A stretch of DNA of 64,000 bases from Cetorhinus maximus. Its lineage: Eukaryota. This document shows positions 13,160-25,166 of this stretch, in pieces. The position numbers and the translations under genes were made by a program. How positions within the stretch are numbered: the first letter of the stretch is position 1; each line of letters opens with the position of its first letter. The stretch covers positions 100,130,001 through 100,194,000 of the forward strand of contig NC_135886.1 in the NCBI RefSeq assembly GCF_964194155.1. Reading direction: 5' to 3'. The notes beneath the pieces are model-generated. The model was not told where the DNA came from. It did not search any database and saw only the letters and a list, made by a program, of their open reading frames with translations.

Positions 13160-13830
13160 GACAGAGCGGTTTAGGGTGGGAATTCCAATGTGTTGGGGCC
13201 TAAATAGTTGCCCATGATGGTGTGAAGGAAGGGAGAGATGTAAAAGACCCTAGAATTTAAGGAACACAGAAGACTTGAAAATATATGGCTCAATGAGTTT
13301 ACAGAGAAAAGGAGGAGTGAGGCCACAAAGGGATTCAAACATGAGAATAAGTATTTTCAATTTGAAGTGTTGGGGAGGAAATATAGGTCAGGGAGAGAAG
13401 GGGTGCTGAGTGAGTGGGATTTGAATTTTGGATAAGCTGAACCCTAGGGAGGTTGGGAGGGCAGTCAGGTGACCATTAGAATGATTGAGTCTGTAGGTGA
13501 CAATGACATGGATGAAGGTTTCAGCAGAAGGTGCAATGAGTTAAGAGGTCAGAGATTTTATAAAGTTAGAAGTAGGTGATGGAAATAATATAGTGTTGGC
13601 CGCTCAGCTCAGCATCAAGTAGGATGCTGAGATTCCAATGGTCAGCTTAAACTGTAACAGCGGTCTAGGAGGGCGATGGAATCAGTGGTGAGATACGGAG
13701 TTGGTGTCAAGGGCTGAAAATTAAGGCTTTGGTTTTCCAAACATTAAACTAACAAATTGCGGTTCATCCAGAACTGGATGTGGAACAAGCCGTCTGATGA
13801 CAGGCAATAGAGGGGCAAGAGAGGTGCCGG
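13160..13830 (-). mobile_element. L2-like LINE 3' fragment, decayed
   Basis: Purine-rich plus strand with L2-type segments (gtgaggccac..gggatt.aaac; gaggtgacaa..catggatga.ggtttcagcag). Confidence 0.55.
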
Positions 13831-14204
13831 AGGTGCCGAGGAAGTCCCTTTTCCTCTGCTCTCGTGAAGAGTATAATTTGAAGTATAACTTTCTAGTTTC
13901 ATTGATTATCGAGAATTGTGCTGACCTTTCCCACAAGATCATTTGAATGAGGGCCACTATTTCTGCTCTGATTTTTTTTTACAAATAGACATTAAAGGTC
14001 TTTGCCCTCACACAATTCCTACTCCCCCATTAAAGTACCAGAGTCTCAACTGAGAAAAGTGCCCTTAATATTTTAATTTTTCATATTCCATTTTTAATAT
14101 TATTTATTTTTTACCAAGCCCTTTTTTAATTTAGCCTCACAATCCATCTTCTATATTAGAAATATCTGCTCTTCGTTAATTTTGTTTAGCTAAAATATCA
14201 GACA

Positions 14205-14390
14205 GAAGCTTACCTCAATTGGTAGCACTCTTCCCTCTGTCAGAAGGTTTTGTGTTTAAGCCACACTGGCATTTGAATGTATAAACTAGACTAACACTCA
14301 TGGGCAGGTTTGCCACAGGTGTTACCTTTGAGATAAGGCATTAAATTGAAGCCCCTATTTGAACTCAGGTGGATGCTAAAGATGATAATG
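14205..14390 (+). mobile_element. DeuSINE/SacSINE1-like 5' tRNA-derived head
   Basis: Contains ctcaattggtagcactctt...tcagaaggtt...tcaggtggatgctaaagat. Confidence 0.55.
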
Positions 14391-15135
14391 GGAATATGGT
14401 GGGATTTGTGCTTTGGAAGGATGCACTGAAACAGGTTGAACACTCTCTTCACGAGCACGAATATTGAATTTTATTCATTGCTTTGCAGCGTCAATTTGCT
14501 TCATTTAAAAAGTAATGAGTTAACTTATATAATAAAATTTTAACAAATTATACAAATTATGTGTTGTAAAGAAAAACAATACACCGATATTTACTATTAA
14601 AGCTCCCAAAAGACTGAATAACTTCTGTAACAGAATTATTAAAATAACTGACTCATCCTCTGTATAGAATGGACACTCTGCAGTCATGTTGACAGATTAT
14701 TGTCCTGGGTGTGTATTGAGACTTTAAATGTCACTAACTTCTTAGATAGCCCAAGTCTAACATTCCTCTGCACTCTTACTCAGTATTATGCACTATGTGA
14801 GATGGCCAAAATTGTTCCAAGTTAGACCTGACCTAGGTCTTACACAAAGACAAAATAGTGTGCCTCAACTTGCATTCAATTGTCCTATGAATGCACCCAA
14901 GCATCCTATTTGCTCTGCCTATCACTTTACAGCATTGCTCTTGTACCTTTAAAGATGTATGCACTAGAGTGCCTAGATCTCTTACTTTTTCCAATTTCTT
15001 TAATGATTTTACCTAAAGGATTTACGAATGTTGAGCATAATACTGCACTTATTAAAGTTAAAGTTAAACATCATTTGTCAGCCCAATCTCCCAACATATT
15101 AAGATCAATCAGAAGCAGATCAGCATTGTCTACAG

Positions 15136-16623
15136 TGTGAAGATGGATGTTTTAAAAAAAATATTTTTGGGATATGGTGGTATTCTGTAAAGAAGGCTGT
15201 GAGTGTGTTTGTGTGTGTAATTAAACTGGGGGAATGTTAGTAAAGACAGCTTATCTATGGGAGCAGAGAGATGAACGATAAAGGAGCTAGATGCATACAT
15301 TTGTAATGAGAGGCTATGGTGAAGTTGAGTGTACGAGTAAATACATTGGATTTTAAAACTTGCATTAGGTGAGAGGCAAGGACTTTACTTTTCAGCTGTT
15401 AAATTTCAAAGGGAATTTAGAAATGACAAGGGACTTTAACAACTTAGAGGTAAACAAGGGAAAGTTATTCAATTTTATTTGACCTGAAAGTGGAGGCAAT
15501 AGGAAAACATGAAAGATTTTTATATTTTGGAAAAATTGAGTTCAAAGATGTACTTAGAACAATGGAGTCTAAGATCAAAGGGGAAAGGATATTTAAGAAA
15601 AGATGTTTAGTGGCATTGGAGGCAGTTCAAAAGATTCACTGGGCTGATTCTGGGATGAAGGGTTGACTTATCAAGAACAGGTTAGGCCTTTATTCATTAG
15701 AGTTTAGAAGAATGAGGGGTGATTTTATTGAAACGTACAAGATTTTGAGGGTGCTTGACAGGGTAGATGTTGAGAAGATGTTTTCACTAGTGGGGGAATC
15801 TCGAACTAGGGGACATAGTTACAGAATAAGGGGACATTCATTTAAAACTGAGATGCAAAGGAATTTCTTCTCTCAGAGGGTAGTGAATGTCTGGAATTCT
15901 CTACCCTAGAAAGTTGTGGAGGCTGGATCACTGAAAGTATTTAAAGAGGAGATAAATAGATTTTTGAAATATCAGGAAGTTGAGGGCTTTGAGGAGCTGG
16001 CACGAAAGAGAAGTTAAGGCCTGTGGCAGATCAGCCATGATCTTATTGAATGGCCTACTCCTGCTCCTAATTCTTATGTTTTTACGTTTGGTTCAGTTGT
16101 GTTGGCTATGTGGGGGAGATGTCTTGAGACCAGCTCTGCGCTGAGAAAAGTTGTGAATTTGAAGCAGCCATCCAGTTTAAAGCAAGAAATGTCTTTGGTT
16201 TCAGAAAGCAGTCTGTTTCTGAGCCTCTCTTTCTGGGATTTCCACAGCAGAGCGGAAGAGGGTAAGAAGTTGTGTGGTATACCTTGTTAAAGTAGCAGCA
16301 GTTTTTGCCTTGGGTAATATCACTGGACTTTTATGGATAAAATCTATAAGAGAGCTTGTGTGTTCTAAGTGGGTTTTTTTAGTGATCCAGCTTTGTAAGA
16401 CTGTTTTAACTGTGTAATTTTGTCTGTTTTAAGTTTTTTTTTTCTTCTTGTTAATAAATCTTTTAATTTTAAAATCCTAAAAATGTTCCTGGGATTTTAT
16501 GTTTTTGGGATCAGTAGTCTTCTCTTCGTTTAAAAAATACAAAAAAAAAGTTAAGACCAGTAAGGCAAGTTTCCCTCCGGGATTTGGTTTGCTCAGTGAA
16601 TAACATCAGCTGCGGTTGTAACA
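15136..16623 (+). mobile_element. Solo LTR (TG...CA, ACAG TSD) interrupted by a CR1 fragment
   Basis: Starts TGTGAAG at 15136 and ends TTGTAACA at 16623. ACAG lies on both sides (15132-15135 and 16624-16627), and AATAAA is at ~16453. The host CR1 remnant rejoins across it. Confidence 0.75.
15590..16085 (+). mobile_element. CR1/HER1 LINE 3' fragment nested in the solo LTR
   Basis: Reads MRGDFIETYKILRVLDRVDVEKMF...RVVNVWNSLP plus tail. It is very similar to the copy at 50480-50980. Confidence 0.9.
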
Positions 16624-17807
16624 ACAGTCCTAACACTTGCACAGATCTTATCGTCTACAAATTTGCAGAACGTGCACCACGCCTATAACTAGATTGTTAT
16701 TAGAAATAGTAATGACCAACAGTACCAGCATCGATCTCCGTGGGATACCACTAGTGATATATCCCCAAACAGATTCAAACCTATTTGTTTTGTTGTGTGG
16801 TCAGGGTCCAGACAAGGGTTTTGGGGATTGGCTATTCCCCAAAGTATGCTGCTCAAGTCTATAGTTTCTCAAACTGATTACTCTTCATTTACAGCACGTA
16901 TTTACATATTTGGACCTCTACATGAGGTTGGAGCTTCTCCTCCTTCCAGATCTCTCTTACTTCTCAGTCATGTGAACTGACATAATTATTACATCAGCAT
17001 CATGTTTGCTTCTGATGTTAACCTTTTACTCTACACCTCCCCCAAAGTCTTTATCCCTATCATATCTATACCTTCCTGCATCTCCCCCCAAAGTCTCAGA
17101 GTTCACAGGGTTAGTTTCTGAGGTGCCTTAACCAACCTTCCTGATCTCGTTCTGATCTCCTTTTGAGGACAAGGATATTCTGTACTTTCCCTCCTGTCCG
17201 TGTAGTGTTCTTCTCCTGGGTGGCTGTAGAGCTTGTAGTAAGTCTTTCTTCTTCTTCCTCAGGATCTGAGTAGTAAACCCAAGTTTATATTGGCTTTTTT
17301 TCCAAGGATACTAAGGCACTGCAGTTTCTCCCCTTGATACCCTGGTCTGTCTCAATCCTGTACGATCTTGGTTGTGGAGTTTTTTCAATGATTGTGCCTT
17401 CCTTCTGTTGGTCTTGCACCCACTCTCTCTCCCTGGGCTTCAGCACTGGTAAGTCAAATGCTTTTTGTCTCTGATTAAAGCTCTGAGCCTGGTCACTTCT
17501 CTGTTCTTCCTCACGCTGTGGTCGCTCATGGAAATATTGGCCTTGAGTCTTTGTTCTGGAGATGAAAACTGTGTTCTCAATCTCCTACACATTAGTAACT
17601 CTGGCGAGAAGCTATTTTGTAGTGGTGAGCTTCGCTAACTCAGAAGAACTAGATTAAGGTCTTTGTTTCTCTTCAATAAATCTTTGGCGATTTGTATCTC
17701 TCTCTCACCTTCTCCATTCACTTGAGTATGAGATGAACTGGTTATATGAACAAAGCCATATTCGTTTGTAAAATTGTAGAATAGCTCATTAGCAAATTGC
17801 GGCCCGT

Positions 17808-20800
17808 GGGGGAGGCGATGGCGTAATGGCTTTGTCGCTGGACTAGTAATCCAGAGACCCAGGGTAATGCTCTGGGGACCCAGGTTCAAATCTCACCACA
17901 GCAGATGGTGGAATTTGAATTCAATAAAAATCTGGAATTAAAATTCCAATGATGACCATGAAACCATTGTCAATTGTTGTAAAAACCCACCTGGTTCACT
18001 AATGTCCTTTAGGGAAAGAAATCTGTCGTCCTTACCTGGTCAACATGTGACTCCAGACCCATAGCAATGTGGTTGACTCTTAAATGCTCTCTGAAATGGC
18101 CTAGCAAGCCACTCAGTTGTAACAAAACCGCTACAAAGACACAAAAAGGAATGAAACTGGACGGACTGCCCGGCATTGACCTAGGCACCAGAAACAACAA
18201 CAGCAATCGCAGCCCTGTCGACCCTGCAAAGTCCTCCTTACTAACATCTGGAGGCTAGTGCCAAAATTGGGAGAGCTGTCTCACAGACTAGTCAAGCAAC
18301 AGCCTGACATAGTCATCCTCACGGAATCATACCTGACAGATAATGTCCCAGACACCACCATCACCATCCCTGGGTATGTCCTGTTCCACCAACAGGACAG
18401 ACCCAGCAGAGGTGGCGGCACAGTTGTATACAGTCAGGAGGGAGTTGCCCTGGGAGTCCTCAACATCGACTGCGGACCCCAAGAAGTCTCATGGCATCAG
18501 GTAAAACATGGGCAAGGAAACCTCCTGCTGATTACCACGTACCGCTCTCCCTCAGCTGATGAATCAGTGCTCCTCCATGTTGAACATCACTTGGAGGAAG
18601 CACTGAGGGTGGCAAGGGCACAGAATGTTCTCTGGGTGGGGGACTTCAATGTCCATCACCAAGAGTGGCTCGGTAGCACCACTACTGATCGAGCTGGCTG
18701 AGTCCTAAATGACATAGCTGCTAGTCTGGGTCTGTAGCAGGTGGTGAGGGAACCAACAAGAGGGAAAAACATACTGGACCTCATTCTCACCAACCTGCCT
18801 GGTGCAGATGATTCTGACCATGACAGTATCGGTAGGTGTGACCACCGCACAGACATTGTGGAGACAAAGTGCCGCCTTCACATTGAGGATACCCTCCATC
18901 ATGTTGTGTGACACTACCACCATGCTAAATGGGATAGATTTCGAGCAGATCTAGCAACTCAAGACTGGGCATCCATGAGGCGCTGTGGGCCATCAGCAGC
19001 AGCAGAATTGTACTTGAACATAATCTGTAACCTCATGGCTCGGCATATCCCCCACTCTACCATTACCATCAACCCAGGGGATCAACCTTGGTGCAATGAA
19101 GAGTGCAGGAGGGCATGCCAGGAGCAGCATCAGGTATACCTAAAAATGAGGTGTCAATCTGGTGAAGCTATAAAACAGGACTACTTGCGTGCCAAACAGC
19201 ATAAGCAGCAAGTGATAGACAGAGCTAAGCGATCCCACAACCAACGGATCAGATCTAAACTCTGCAGTCCTGCCACATCCAGTCGTGAATGGGAGTGGAC
19301 AATTAAACAAATCACTGGATGAGGTGGCTCCACAAATATCCCCATCCTCAATGATGGAGGAACACAGCACAGCAGTGCAAGAGAGAAGGCTGAAGCATTC
19401 ACAGCAATATTCAGCCAGAAGTGCCGAGTGGAGGTCCCCAGCATCACAGATGCCAGTCTTTAGCCAATTTGATTCACTACACGTGATATCAAGAAGCGGC
19501 TGAATGCACTGGATACTGCAAAGGCTATGGGCCTTGACAACATTCTGGCAATAGTACTGAAGACTTGTGCTCCAGAACTTGCCGCGCCCATAGCTAAGCT
19601 GTTCCAGTATAGCTACAACACTGGCATCTACCCAGCTCTGTGGAAAATTGCCCAGGTATGCCCTGTACACAAAAATCAGGACAAATACAACCCAGCTAAT
19701 TACCACCCATCAGTCTATTCTCGATAATCAGTAAATTAATGGAAATGGTCATCAACAGTGCTATCAATGCTTAGCAATAACCTGCTCGCTGATGCCCAGT
19801 TTGGGTTCCGCCAGGGCCACTCAGCTCCTGACCTCGTTACAGCCTTGCTTCAAGCATGAACAAAAGAGATGAACCCCCGAGGTGAGGTGAGAGTGACTGC
19901 CCTTGACATCAAGGCAGCATTTGACCGAGTGTGCATCAAGGAGCCCTCGCAAAACTGGAGTCAATGGGAATCAGGGGGGAAACTCTCCGCTGGTTGGAGT
20001 CATACCTAGCACAAAGGAAGATGTCTGTGGTTGTTGGAGGTCAGTCATATCAGCTCCAGGACATCACTGCAGGAGTTCCTCAGGGTAGTGTCCTAGGCCC
20101 AACCATCTTCAGCTGCTTCATCAATGACCTTCCTTCCATCATAAGGTGTCATCAGAAGTGGGGATGTTCACTGATGATTGCACAATGTTCAGCACCATTC
20201 ATGACTCCTCAGATACTGAAGCAGTCCATGTCCAAATGCAGCAAACCTGGACAATATTCAGGCTTGGCTGACAAGTGGTAAGTAACATTCGCACCACACA
20301 AGTGTCAGGCAATGACCACCTCCAACAAGAGAGAATCCAACCATCGCTCCCTGATGTTCAATGGCATTACCATCACTGAATCCCCCACTATCAACACCCT
20401 GGGGGTTACCATTGACCAGAAACTGAACTGGACCAGCCATATAAAAACTGTGGCCACAAGGTCAGGTCAGAGGCTAGGAATTGTGCGACGAGTAACTCGC
20501 CTCCTGACCCCCCAAAGCCTATGCACCATCTACAAGGCACAAGTCAGGAATGTGATGGAATACTCTCCACTTTCCTGGATAAGGGCAGCTCCTACAACAC
20601 TGAGGAAGCTGGACACCGTCCAGGACAAAGCAGTCCTCTTGATTGGCCCCACATCCACAAACATTCACTCCCTTCACCACCGACGCACAGTAGCAGCAGT
20701 GTGTACCATCTACAAAATGCACTGCAGGAGTTGACCAAGGCTTCTTAGACAGCACCTTCAAAATCCATGACCACTACCACCTAGAAGAACAAGGGCAGCA

Positions 20801-21067
20801 GATAGATGGGAACACCACCTCTTGGAAATTGCCTTCCAAGTTACTCACCATCCTGACTTGGAAATATATCGCTGTTCCTTCACTGTCACTGTGTCAAAAT
20901 CCTGGAGCTCCCTTCCTAACAGCACCGTGGGTGTACCTACACCACATGGACTGCAGCGGTTCAAGAAGGCAGCTCACCACCACCTTCCCAAGGGCAACTA
21001 GGGATGGGCAATAAATGCTGGCCCAGCCAGCGAAGCCCACATCCCGTGAATGAATATAAAATAAAAT
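17808..21067 (+). mobile_element. Near full-length LINE (APE endonuclease plus RT, no ORF1) with tRNA-Thr-derived 5' head
   Basis: A box TGGCGTAATGG at 17819-17829, anticodon arm CTGGA-CTAGTAA-TCCAG, B box GGTTCAAAT at ~17883. Endonuclease motifs PDIVILTESYL, RGGGTVVY and VGDFNVH; RT motifs [10 protein letters not shown] and FTDD. Contains stops and frameshifts, and ends in an A-rich tail. Confidence 0.88.
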
Positions 21068-22433
21068 TATTGGACACTTCAATGTCTGGGATGCCATTCA
21101 TTGCATAAATTCTCTTCAGGGATTAGATGACTGCCTCCGCTGTGATACTATGCAATTGTTAACTTTGATCCACTGTGAGTAGTAATCAAAGACAATAAGG
21201 AAGGTTTCCCCCATAAATTCAAATAAGTCGATTCTAAGATGCTCCATGGCCTTGATGGAAGAATAGAAGGTAATAGTGGTTCTTTTTGCTCTTGGTTGTT
21301 TATGGTGCAAGTAAGACAGTTAGAAATAATTTATTTTATAGAGCGCATAATGCCTGGCCACCAGACTGACTGTTGCGCTCTCACACAATATTTTGCTATT
21401 CCTAGATGATCTTGATGAAATCTCTGAAGAATATCAAGCCAAAGTGTTCTCTGTATGACTATTCTCTCATTGAAGACTAATAAGTCATCAATGACAGTGG
21501 GGTGCTTGTGCTGATCAAAGTACTGCCGTAGAATCAGATTAGTGGGGATATAGTCTAGCTATCCTTCGAGACAATATTCTCGGACTTGGAGACATCTTTC
21601 ACCTCGTCGCTGGGCTTGCTTACACTTTTTGCAGTAGCAGGTAAGCACTGAGTGATTAAGGATGTATATGCTTCAGCCTCCTCGATGAAGTGTAAATCCC
21701 CTTGTTGGTTCCTTCTGATGGTATTTGTGACAGTGTGTCTGCTGTTGTTTGATACTTCCCTTGCACATACTTTGTGATGCAGCCATATCTCATCAATCTT
21801 AGTCTGAATCACTGGATTCTGGGTGACATCTGTGGAATTTCTTTCATGTTCAGAAGAGTGTTTAGTGGCTTATGATCTGTTTCAATTTTGAAACGCAATC
21901 CCATATCGCAGTCTGAAAACTTTTTGCATGCCAATGTTATTGCCAATGCTGCTTCTATCGTGGCATATCGGTGTTCTGTTTCTGTTAGCGACCTAGAGGC
22001 ATGCTACTATGGTTGGTAATTCTGGGTTGTATTGTGCCAAGATTTCAGTAGAGATTAAAAGCTGCTTAATCCTTTTGAAAGCATTTTGCTGGTTCACATT
22101 CCAGCACCACTGTTGAGCCTGTCTCAACAGTTGTCTCAAGGGCTCGTTGACCTCAGCTAAATTTGGCAGGAACATGCCTACTTGGTTGACCATCCCAAGG
22201 AACCTTTGAAGATCAGTTATGTTCCTGAGTTGTGGAAATTCTCTGATTACTTTCATTTTTTGTAGATCAGCTGTGATTCTTGTAGCTTGTACTATGTGAC
22301 CCAGAAACTTGATCATAGGTTTGGCGAACTCACATTTTTCATTCAATGTTAGGCCTGCATCTGGTAAGACTCTCAGGACTGCTCTGACTCTGTGATCATG
22401 CTCTTCTCTTGTGGAGCATGTGGAGCATACATC

Positions 22434-22817
22434 GGGGGAGACAATGGTATCATCGTAAGGTGACTGGACTAATAATCCAGAGGCCCAGGCTCTGGGGACA
22501 GTTCAAATCCATGGCAGCTGGTGGAATTTAAATTCAATTAATAGAAGTCTGGAACATAAAGCTAGTCTCAGAAGTGGTGACCATGACAACTATAATCAAT
22601 TGTAAAAACCCACCTGGTTCACTAATGTACTTGAGGGAAAAAAATCTGCCATTCCTACCTGATCTGGCCTACATGTGATCCACAGTAATGTGGTTGATTC
22701 ATAACTCCCCTCTGAAATGGCCTACTCTAACCCACTCAGTTCAGGAATTAGGGATGGGCAAACAAATTTTGGCCTTGTCAGCGTTGCCCACATCCAATGA
22801 AAGGAAAAAGAAAACAA
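22434..22817 (+). mobile_element. tRNA-derived SINE sharing both head and tail with the 17.8-kb LINE
   Basis: Same head and body as 17808-18118, joined directly to the LINE 3' tail (gggatgggcaa...gccca.atccc). It is inserted at the HMDD motif of the Gypsy A RT. Confidence 0.85.
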
Positions 22818-23373
22818 ATGACACATTATTCCCTCCATGCCTTCTAGAGTATGAGACATTGTTCTCTGGAAAATTTCTTGGGAGGACTCAATTCCAAAAT
22901 GCAACCCATTGAAACAATAATGGCTAAATGATGTTATAAATATGGTCAGCAATCTGGATACTTTGCCCAGAGACAACTGCCAAAATCCACTGTTCGCATC
23001 CAATTTGGTAAATAAAGTACTCTTGGCTAGTTTGGTAAGGCTCTCATGTTCCATTGATTTGTTTAATTGAGTTGAATTAATGTAGATTTTTATAGAGCCA
23101 TTTGGCTTTGGGACTGTAACCATTCCTGAACACCATTGTTCATGGTGACCGGTGAGATGTCCCCTTGCTGCTATACGTTTTCAGTTTCACCCTTGACTTT
23201 ATCCAAGAGTGGGTGAAAGACTATCTTTGGTGTAAAGAGGAAATTTGGTTTAGCATCAGCTCGTAAGGTGAAATGGTACTTGGTCTTTAGATTTCCTAGG
23301 CCAATAAACAATTTTGGTGATTCATTTTGAAATGTATTGCTGTAATTCTCATTGGCAACTTCATCCACTTCAT

Positions 23374-24678
23374 CAAACAGCACTTGCTTAACAATAACCT
23401 GCTCACTGACGCTCAGTTTGGGTTCCGCCAGGGTCACTCAGCTTCTGACCTCATTACACACTTGGTTCAAACATGGACAAAAGAGCTGAACTCCAGAGGT
23501 GAGGTGAGAGTGACTGGCCTTGACATCAAGACAGCATTTGACCAAGTATAGCATCAAGGAGCTCTAGCAAACTGGAAAACAATGGGAATCAGGGAGCAAT
23601 CTCTCCACTGGTTGGAGTCATACTTAGCACAAAGGAAGATGGTTGTGGTTGTTGGAGGTCAATTACCCCAGTTCCAGGACATCACTGCAGGAATTCCTCA
23701 GCATTGTGTCCCGGGCCCAACCATCCTCAGCTGCTTCATCAATGACGTTCCTCCCATCATAAGGTAAGAAGTGGGAATGTTCACTGATGATTGCACAATG
23801 TTCAGCACCATTTGCCACTCCTTAGATACTGAAGCAGTCCACGTCCAAATGCAGCAAGACCTGGACAATATCCAGGCTTGGGCTGATAAGTAGCAAGTAA
23901 CATTTGCACCACAGAAGTGCCAGGCAATGACCATCTCCAACTAGAGAGAATTTAACGCTCGTCTCATGACATTCAATGATATTACCATTGCCAAATCCCC
24001 CAGTATCAACATCCTGGGGGTTACCATTGACCAGAAACTGAACTGGACTAACCATATAAATACTGTAGCTACAAGAGCAGGTCAGAGGCTAGGAATCCTG
24101 CAGCGAATAATTCACCCCCTGACTCCCCAAAGCCTGTCTACCATCTACAAGCCACAAGTCAGGAGCGTGATGGAATACTCTCCACTTGCCAGTATGAGTG
24201 CAGCTCCAAGAACACTTGAGGCTTGATACCATCCAGGACAAAAATGCCCGCTTGACTGGCACTCCTTCCACAAACATTCACTCTCTCCACTACCGACAAA
24301 CAGTGGCAGCAGTGTGTATCATCTAGAAGATGCACGGCAGAAACTCGCCAAGGCTCCTTAGGTAGCACCTTCCAAACCCACAACCGCAGCCATTTAGAAG
24401 GACAAGGGCAGCAGATGTATGGGAACACCATCACCTGCAAGTTTCGATCTAAGCCACACACTATACTGATTTGGAAGTTTATTGCCATTCTTTCACTTTC
24501 AATGGGTCCAATATCCTTGAACTCTCTTCCTCACAGCACTGTGGATGTTCCTACACCACAGGGACTACAGTGGTTCAAGAGGGCAGCTCACCACCACCTT
24601 CTCAAGGGCAGTTAGTAATAGGCAATAAATGCTAACCTAGTGAGCGACACCTATATCCTTTAAATTATTTTTAAAAAG
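23374..24678 (+). mobile_element. 5'-truncated copy of the tRNA-headed LINE family
   Basis: QFGFRQGHSA, LDIKTAFD and INILGVTIDQKLNW motifs; collinear with 19770-21060. Confidence 0.9.
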
Positions 24679-25143
24679 ATTAATCACAGTTTTAAGCATG
24701 CCTTTCTGTTTAGTAGAGAACACTGATGATTTTGAATGACATAGAGACGTTCGAGGATTTTTCAGTCTTTATATTTCAGCTTTGCCATGAGTGGGCCTTT
24801 TACTTTTGAAGTTATCCCACCAAGACCTTGTAATTTGATAGATGAGGGTTGCAATGTAATCTGTTTGAGCCATTTTACTTCATTTGATAAAACAGAAACC
24901 CATGCTCCTGTGTCTAGTTTAAACTCTGTGGGGTGTCCATCCACTTCGAGTAGTGCAATACTTGTTTTCACTATCACTTACCTCCGCCAGGAATTTTGTT
25001 CCTTTGCTTGTGGTTCTTCCACTTCTTGTATGTGGCTGTCTTTTAAAATTTCCTCCCTCTTTTTACAGGTTGTCAGGCTTTTGAGTGATAAATGGTTTTG
25101 AAAAGGGCTTTTTTTCCACAGTTGTGGTACTCTGCCATCCACC

Positions 25144-25166
25144 TCCCCCCCCCCCCCCCCCCCCCC
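25144..25166. repeat. poly-C homopolymer inside Gypsy A gag-pol region
   Basis: Run of more than 20 C residues. Confidence 0.9.

Noticed and set aside
17808-17900. Possible tRNA-Thr(AGT) gene
   Set aside because: It has A and B boxes and an anticodon arm, but there is an inserted hairpin, no proper acceptor stem or T-run terminator, and it continues into a repeat body present in several copies. It is a retroelement head.
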